From assembly GCA_965216785.1 (NCBI GenBank), contig OZ244197.1, positions 1,472,001 through 1,536,000 of the forward strand: a DNA stretch of 64,000 bases, written 5' to 3'. Shown piece after piece: positions 58,246-64,000 of this stretch. The notes under the pieces were generated by a model that had not been told where the DNA came from, did no database searches, and was given only the letters and a program-made list of their open reading frames with translations. Position numbers and translations under genes: made by a program. Position 1 is the stretch's first letter. Each line of letters begins with the position of its first letter. This stretch comes from Thermodesulfobacteriota bacterium. GTDB lineage: Bacteria > Desulfobacterota_D > UBA1144 > Nemesobacterales > UBA2774.

Positions 58246-58992
58246 TTAAATCCCATATTTAAGCCTTTCTGCCAGTACTTTGTTGAGCCCGGCCTCAATT
58301 ATTTTTTTCTGCGCAGATTCTACATCGTAGCGGACTCTCCTAAATTCTAAGCTTCCTCTGTCGTCATAAATTAGATAAGACGCTCTGGGGTCACGGTCCC
58401 TCGGCTGCCCCGCGCTCCCAGGGTTAACGAGGTGCTCGGCTTCTTCCTCAAGTTGAATCTCCAGGCTGATTTTATCCTCTGCAATCTTGCTTACATATAT
58501 GTCCTGGACTTTTTTTTCTTTCCGGCGGTACACCGCGCCTACATGAGTGTGGCCGAAAAAGCAGAGTCCGGCCCCGCGCAGCAAATCAAACTCGGGCTCT
58601 GCCTCTAATTGCCCTATTATATATTTATCGGGGTCTGAAATAGCTCCGTGGACAATAATAAAATTTCCGTAATCTTTACTCTCCGGAAGAGCGGCCAGAT
58701 ACTCTTTGTTTTCGTGAGTGAGATTCTCCCGAGTCCAGAGCGCCGTCTCACGGGCAATAGGGTTAAAATTTAGCGGCTCTTCTATTCCAGCGGCTACTTT
58801 ATCGTGGTTGCCTATGATTGAGGCTGCGGATTTTTCTCTCAGAAGCCCGACGCACTCGTTTGGCTCCGCACCGTAGCCGACTATATCGCCCAGCGATAGT
58901 ATGTGATCGCACTTAAGCAGATGTATCTCATCCAGCACCGCTTTAAGCGCCTGAAGATTTGAGTGAATGTCTGAGATAATGGCGTATTTCAA
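58246..58992 (-). CDS. Calcineurin-like metallophosphoesterase
   Basis: ISDIHSN, LGDIVGYG, GNHD, VHG, GHTH, NPGSAGQPRD. Confidence 0.93.
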   Translation of the reverse strand: MKYAIISDIHSNLQALKAVLDEIHLLKCDHILSLGDIVGYGAEPNECVGLLREKSAASIIGNHDKVAAGIEEPLNFNPIARETALWTRENLTHENKEYLAALPESKDYGNFIIVHGAISDPDKYIIGQLEAEPEFDLLRGAGLCFFGHTHVGAVYRRKEKKVQDIYVSKIAEDKISLEIQLEEEAEHLVNPGSAGQPRDRDPRASYLIYDDRGSLEFRRVRYDVESAQKKIIEAGLNKVLAERLKYGI

Positions 58993-59016
58993 GAAGGAGG
59001 ATCCATTTGTACTTCT

Positions 59017-60345
59017 CTAGCCGATTAGTACAATTCCAATATCCATAACATTAGTACCGGTGGGTCCCGTAACGACCAGGTCGCCGATCTTATTGAAGAA
59101 CTCATAGGAATCGTTACGCGCAAGATGCTCCCTTGCGCTAACGTCTATGGCCCTTGCCCTAAGCCTGCTCTCGCCGTCACAAATGGCCCCCGCCGCGTCT
59201 TCTATCGGTCCGTCTATACCGTCAGTATCGCAAAAAAGGCCTACTATGTCGTGTCCCATAATCTCCATACAGAATGAAAGCGCTGTCTCTGTGCTCCTGC
59301 CGCCTTTGCCGCTTCCGTGTATTGTAACTGCCGTCTCTCCACCGAATATTATGCAGGAGGGTTTTTTCACAGGCATATCGAACCTCTCGATCTCAAACGC
59401 GATCGATGCGACGACTTTGGCGACTTCTCTGGCCTCTCCGTTTACCTGAGACGATAGCATGAGTGTGTTGTATCCAAGCTCCTTTGCTTTTTTAACGCCT
59501 GCCGAAAGAGAGATGTAATTACTTCCCACGATCAGCGTCTGTACGTTCTCGGGGTCGTATTCACCAGGTTTTAATGTCTCGGGGGCGTTTCCGCTGCGTC
59601 CTTCTTCAAGATGCACTACTACGTGGGGCGGGATTTCATGAACAACGTCCAGGGCCTCAATTACTCTCCACGCGTCCTCATATGTCGAGCGATCCGGTAC
59701 TGTATGGCCCGAAGCAATAGCGTCCAGCCTGTCGCTCACGACGTTTGAGAGTATAAGGGTGACAACTCTGGCCGGAAGCGCCTTTTTGAGAAGCCCGCCG
59801 CCTTTTATTTGAGATAAGTGCTTTCTTACCGCGTTCAATCCGTTCTTATCAACTCCTGAAGTGAGCAGGGCTTGAGTGGTCTTTCTGATATGGTCGAGCG
59901 TAAGCCCACTGGCTGGCAATTCAAGTAGCGCGCTTCCTCCGCCGGAGATAAGGAATATCACAAGATCGTCCGAGCCTGCATTCTCGAGTATCAGAGACGC
60001 CTCTTTAGCGGCGCTCAGGCTTCTTTCATCAGGTACAGGGTGGCTTGAGATATAGAAGCCGAGTTTGTTGAAATTAATTTCAGGGTTTGAATTTGAAACC
60101 ACAATGCCGCCGCTAAGCCGCTCACCGAGCGCCTCCTCGAGCGCCTCTGCCATGGCTGGGGCCGCTTTTCCGAATGCGATCGCGTATACGGAATTGAATT
60201 CATCCAGGTTGTATGTGGTTTCGCCTACGGTTAGTACGTTCTCTTTAAACGCTATGTGGTCTAGTACGCATTTTCTGGGATTAGCCGCCGAAACAGCTTC
60301 TTCAAAAATCTTTAGAGCGTCCGCTCTTGCTTGCTCTGTATTCAT
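59017..60345 (-). CDS. Class II glycerate kinase-like protein (DUF4147 + MOFRL)
   Basis: FGKAA, ISGGGSAL, RKHLSQIKGG, GEAR, GGET, TDGIDG, TGPTGTNVMD. Confidence 0.88.
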   Translation of the reverse strand: MNTEQARADALKIFEEAVSAANPRKCVLDHIAFKENVLTVGETTYNLDEFNSVYAIAFGKAAPAMAEALEEALGERLSGGIVVSNSNPEINFNKLGFYISSHPVPDERSLSAAKEASLILENAGSDDLVIFLISGGGSALLELPASGLTLDHIRKTTQALLTSGVDKNGLNAVRKHLSQIKGGGLLKKALPARVVTLILSNVVSDRLDAIASGHTVPDRSTYEDAWRVIEALDVVHEIPPHVVVHLEEGRSGNAPETLKPGEYDPENVQTLIVGSNYISLSAGVKKAKELGYNTLMLSSQVNGEAREVAKVVASIAFEIERFDMPVKKPSCIIFGGETAVTIHGSGKGGRSTETALSFCMEIMGHDIVGLFCDTDGIDGPIEDAAGAICDGESRLRARAIDVSAREHLARNDSYEFFNKIGDLVVTGPTGTNVMDIGIVLIG

Positions 60346-60376
60346 ATTCCCCCAATTACTGTAACGCTGTAGCTGC

Positions 60377-60862
60377 TCAGTCCTTTCTGAGCTCTTCTAT
60401 AATTTGATCTATTTTTTCTTTCGTTAGATTCTCGACAAGATCGTCATCGACGAGCATGACTGGCGCTGTGCCGCATGCTGCCAGACATTCTGCCTCCATT
60501 AACGTGATCTTTCCGTCAGAAGTAGTGCCGCCTGTGTGCACGCCCAGTTTGTCACACATATAGTGCTCGACCTGCTCTGCGCCCTTAAGCCCGCAAGAGA
60601 GCGTGCGGCATAGCCACACAACGTGCTTTCCGGGCTGCTTTCTAAAGAACATAGTATAGAAGGTAGCGACGCTCTGAACATTTGCCGGGGTCAGCCCTAA
60701 AATTTGTGCCGCCTCTTCCATGGATTCGTCAGTTAAATAACCAAATTCATTCTGAATTTCTCGTAAGACCGGTATGAGGGCGGATTGTTTGGTCTCTGAT
60801 TTCGCGACTATCGAGTCTATTTTCTCTTTAAGCTCTTGGGTAAATATCTTCTTGTCGGGCAT
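60377..60862 (-). CDS. nuoE: NuoE-like 2Fe-2S protein (24-kDa subunit)
   Basis: SALIPVL, VATFYTMF, CRTLSC...ECLAAC, APVM. Confidence 0.9.
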   Translation of the reverse strand: MPDKKIFTQELKEKIDSIVAKSETKQSALIPVLREIQNEFGYLTDESMEEAAQILGLTPANVQSVATFYTMFFRKQPGKHVVWLCRTLSCGLKGAEQVEHYMCDKLGVHTGGTTSDGKITLMEAECLAACGTAPVMLVDDDLVENLTKEKIDQIIEELRKD

Positions 60863-61054
60863 TTATTAGCACTCCGGTTAAGCTCAGGTAAAGGTACCCA
60901 GAATTAGTGGAATAATCTTACATAGAATAGGGCCATTCGCAAGATTTAAGGAAACGTGAGTACATTAAATATTGATAGAGACAAAATATATGGATAAATT
61001 TAGTAACCATAATTTCATTAGTCAGGTTATATCCTTTTATAAGACGGAGAGGTT

Positions 61055-61534
61055 ATGTTAGGAATTTTCAAAAAAGTTTTTGACGGCTCGAAAAAAGGGA
61101 AATCCGCGCTAAGCGCCGAAGAAAGGGAGCTAAGGCTCAGAACCGCCACCTGCGTATTATTGCTCGAGGCCGCGACAGCAGACCACAACTTTTCTGAGGA
61201 AGAGCAGAAAAAGGTGCTGGATATCCTCAAGGCCAGATACAATATGACGGATGAAGCTGTAGAAGAGCTAATTGAGAAATCGGAGCGGGAAAGGGAGCAT
61301 TCGACTGATCTCTGGTACTTCACGAACCAAATTAACGAGAACATGGACAATGAAGAGAAGTACAAGCTGATGGAGCTCGTGTGGGAAGTGATTTACTCTG
61401 ACGGGACTCTGGATAAGTTTGAAAACTACGTTGCGCACAAGCTTCTGACTATGCTAAACCTCGACCATTCGACGTTCATCGAGCTTAAAATGAAGGTCAA
61501 GAATGAAAGTAATAACCAAAGCCCTGTGAAATAA
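61055..61534 (+). CDS. TerB-like protein
   Basis: LLLEAATADHNFSEEE, LWYFT.QIN, WEVIYSDG.LDKFE; GGAGAGG RBS. Confidence 0.85.
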   Translation: MLGIFKKVFDGSKKGKSALSAEERELRLRTATCVLLLEAATADHNFSEEEQKKVLDILKARYNMTDEAVEELIEKSEREREHSTDLWYFTNQINENMDNEEKYKLMELVWEVIYSDGTLDKFENYVAHKLLTMLNLDHSTFIELKMKVKNESNNQSPVK

Positions 61535-61692
61535 ATAACCTTAGAACGCTCTTAATTTTTAAACGGAGCATGCATTCGCTTCAATCAATAGTAAGAAACA
61601 CCCTTTAATGTATAGGTTTTAACAGGTACATATTTCTTATATTGTCACTCTTGGATAAAATATCTTTCAATCAAGTGCGTACGCCTGAAGAT

Positions 61693-62982
61693 ATGGAAAA
61701 TAAAAAGAGAGTAGCCGTTGTCGGAGGCATTAGAACCCCGTTCATAAAAGCGGGCGGGGATTTTAAAGCTCTTTCTTCGCTTGATTTAGGAAAAATACCG
61801 GCAAAAGAATTAATTAACCGCACTGAGATCGACCCGGGGGAAATAGACCAAGTCGTATTCGGAACCGTAATCCCAACCATTAAGACCTCAAACCTGGCAA
61901 GAGAGATTGCTCTTGGCTCGGGTGTGCCTGCGAGTGTGCCTGCGTTTACAGTAACGAGCGCGTGCGCATCTGCAAACCAGGCGTTTACCTCGGGAGTGGA
62001 CAGCATATTATCAGGTAATTCGGACGTTGTGCTCGCAGGCGGAGTAGAATCGATATCCGATTTTCCGGTGCTCTTTTCAAAGAAGTTTCGGGATTCATTT
62101 TTCGCCTCGTCAAAGGGCAGTAATATCTTTCAGAAAACAAAACCGTTTTTAAAGATGGGCGTAAGCGATATCGCCCCTGATGTGCCCTCTATCTCAGAGC
62201 GTTCGACCGGGCTTACTATGGGAGAAAGCGCTGAAAAAATGGCTATGATACACCGGATCAGCCGTGAGGACCAGGACCGCTTTGCGCTAAGAAGCCACGG
62301 GCTTTGTTCCCAGGCAGCAACTGAAGGGGTGTTTGACGAGGAGATTGTACACACATTCATACCGCCCGATTACGCAAAAGTCCTCACGGCCGATAACAAC
62401 GTGAGAGAAGGCCTTGAGATTCAAACGCTCTCTGAGCTCGAGCCTGTTTTTGACTCGCAGTACGGCACTATTACCGCGGGGAACTCCGCTTCTCTCGCGG
62501 ACGGCGGGGCTGCAATACTTTTAATGTCCGAAGAAAAAGCAAAAGCCTTAGGTTATAAGCCTATGGGCTATGTGCGCTCGTACGCTTACGGGGCGGTCGA
62601 CCCGGGGGACGAGCTCCTCATGGGCACTGCATACTCGACGCCAAGGGCGCTTGAGCGCGCAGATCTGACGCTCGGGGAGATAGATCTTGTAGAAATGCAT
62701 GAATCATTTTCCGCGCAGGTTCTTTCTAACCTAAATGCGTTTGCGTCCAAGAAGTTTGCACGGGAGAAACTGGGTAGGAGCCAGGCTATAGGCGAGCTGG
62801 ATATCAACAAGCTGAACGTTTCCGGGGGCTCAATCGCCATCGGCCATCCGTTCGGGGCTACAGGGGGGAGGCTCATCATTACGCTTCTTCACCGTATGGC
62901 AAAGAGGAGCGCTAACTTCGGGCTTGTCACTCTATCGGCGGCGGGAGGGATCGGCGTTTCGATTGTATTCGAAAAAGAGTAG
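61693..62982 (+). CDS. fadI: FadI-like 3-ketoacyl-CoA thiolase with second catalytic Cys replaced by Ser
   Basis: GIRTPF, NLAREIAL, SACASA, GGVES, TAGNS, MHESF, GHPFGATG, LVTLSAAGGIG. Confidence 0.88.
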   Translation: MENKKRVAVVGGIRTPFIKAGGDFKALSSLDLGKIPAKELINRTEIDPGEIDQVVFGTVIPTIKTSNLAREIALGSGVPASVPAFTVTSACASANQAFTSGVDSILSGNSDVVLAGGVESISDFPVLFSKKFRDSFFASSKGSNIFQKTKPFLKMGVSDIAPDVPSISERSTGLTMGESAEKMAMIHRISREDQDRFALRSHGLCSQAATEGVFDEEIVHTFIPPDYAKVLTADNNVREGLEIQTLSELEPVFDSQYGTITAGNSASLADGGAAILLMSEEKAKALGYKPMGYVRSYAYGAVDPGDELLMGTAYSTPRALERADLTLGEIDLVEMHESFSAQVLSNLNAFASKKFAREKLGRSQAIGELDINKLNVSGGSIAIGHPFGATGGRLIITLLHRMAKRSANFGLVTLSAAGGIGVSIVFEKE

Positions 62983-63005
62983 TTTTAGCAAAGGCTCAGG
63001 TAAAA

Positions 63006-64000
63006 ATGAACAGCATAAATATTGAACCGTTAAAATCGGGAGTCTCGATCCTCAAAATCAACACACCGGAAAGTGACGAAAACTTTCTTTCCTGGGACTG
63101 TATAGAGAAGCTCGAGGAGTTCCTGGATACCATTGAAAGGCAGCTGGACATGGTTGAGAGTGACGATGAGATTAAGGCCGTGATACTGCTTAGCGGAAAA
63201 GAGGGGAGCTTTATAAGCGGGCCTTTGTTCAGCGAGTATTTGAATTTTACTTTAGCTGACGAGGGAAGGACCTACTGCCTGAGACTACAGGACCTGTGCG
63301 ACAAGATAGAGAATTCGAGGACGCCGTTCGTTGCAGCAATTAACGGCAAATGCCAGGGTATAGGGCTTGAGCTTGCGCTTGCCTGTAACTTTAGGATCGC
63401 GTCCGGGACAAATAGAACACTCCTTTCCATGAACCAGATTGACTACGGGCTAATCCCTTCAGCGGGAGGTATTCAGAGGCTCGCTAGGATATTAGGGACA
63501 AAGCAGGCTCTGGATTTGATTCTCTCGGGTGAGCAGGTTGACGCCGATGATTCTATGGACACGGGTCTTGTGGACGAGCTTGTGCCCGAGGAGCTGCTGC
63601 TCAGGATTTCCGAGGCCCGGGCAATTGAGCTTATTACAAAACAATCGCATCAAAAGAGGTTCAGCTTAAAGGGGATACCCGGCACGTTAATAAATGAAAA
63701 CCCTGTTGCGAGAAAGATGCTTTTTAAAAAGATCAGAGGCGAGATCAGAGTAGAGAAAGAACAGAGTAAGAACGCTCAAATGATGGCTATTGAGGCGCTT
63801 GAGATAGGTATAAACAGCAGCAGCAGAGGGCTTCACGCCGAGTCCGTTTATTTCGGAGAGCTTGTTGTGACCGGGTATGCGAGACAGCTCATAAAAACAG
63901 AGATTTCGATTCAGGATGTAAGGAAAAGCGATCTGAACACGAAAAGTGGCAGCGAGACTACGGATAGTCTGGAGAAAGCTGCCGTGATTGGGGAATCCGC
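63006..64000 (+). CDS. fadJ: FadJ-like multifunctional enzyme alpha subunit, divergent, 3'-truncated by window edge
   Basis: Absent from the ORF track; manual translation from ATG 63006 is open to the window end: KAVILLSGKEGSFISG, PFVAAINGKCQGIGLELALAC, GLIPSAGGIQRL, GLVDELVP, NPVAR, FGELVVT. Confidence 0.85.
   Translation, partial: MNSINIEPLKSGVSILKINTPESDENFLSWDCIEKLEEFLDTIERQLDMVESDDEIKAVILLSGKEGSFISGPLFSEYLNFTLADEGRTYCLRLQDLCDKIENSRTPFVAAINGKCQGIGLELALACNFRIASGTNRTLLSMNQIDYGLIPSAGGIQRLARILGTKQALDLILSGEQVDADDSMDTGLVDELVPEELLLRISEARAIELITKQSHQKRFSLKGIPGTLINENPVARKMLFKKIRGEIRVEKEQSKNAQMMAIEALEIGINSSSRGLHAESVYFGELVVTGYARQLIKTEISIQDVRKSDLNTKSGSETTDSLEKAAVIGES

Noticed and set aside
1-64000. 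CRISPR array, tRNA/rRNA, IS element, prophage or dnaB intein
   Set aside because: No spaced repeats, cloverleaf, transposase, integrase or phage genes were recognised by eye, and dnaB is normal length

Overview
Bacterial chromosomal window of moderate GC with no rRNA, tRNA, CRISPR array or transposase recognised. The gene set looks deltaproteobacteria-like, possibly Ca. Dadabacteria (inference only). Housekeeping genes (trpB/trpA, fmt, rsmD-coaD-aspC, pdxA-tatD-nrdR-glyA, nadK, frameshifted prfB, aroC, dnaB) alternate with accessory blocks: a PA2779/C39-peptidase/TPR trio, a LysR-regulated ADC-like/LLM pair, MaoC-Pta plus ackA, a cluster of three sulfatase-type hydrolases, and two tandem HisKA_2 kinases sharing a 384-bp near-identical tract. 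The most striking feature is a minus-strand locus at about 47.3-54.8 kb. A well-formed cyclic-di-GMP-I riboswitch precedes a 919-aa triple fusion of PilZ, an alpha-oxoamine synthase (SPT/AONS/CqsA family) and a YghO/bacterial-ceramide-synthase-like GNAT. That gene is followed directly by a PDZ/multi-TM/GAF sensor kinase and a REC-PAS-HK-REC hybrid kinase. This is a candidate lipid or lipid-signal synthesis-and-sensing system under double c-di-GMP control. The window ends in a fadI/fadJ-like pair with several catalytic residues substituted.
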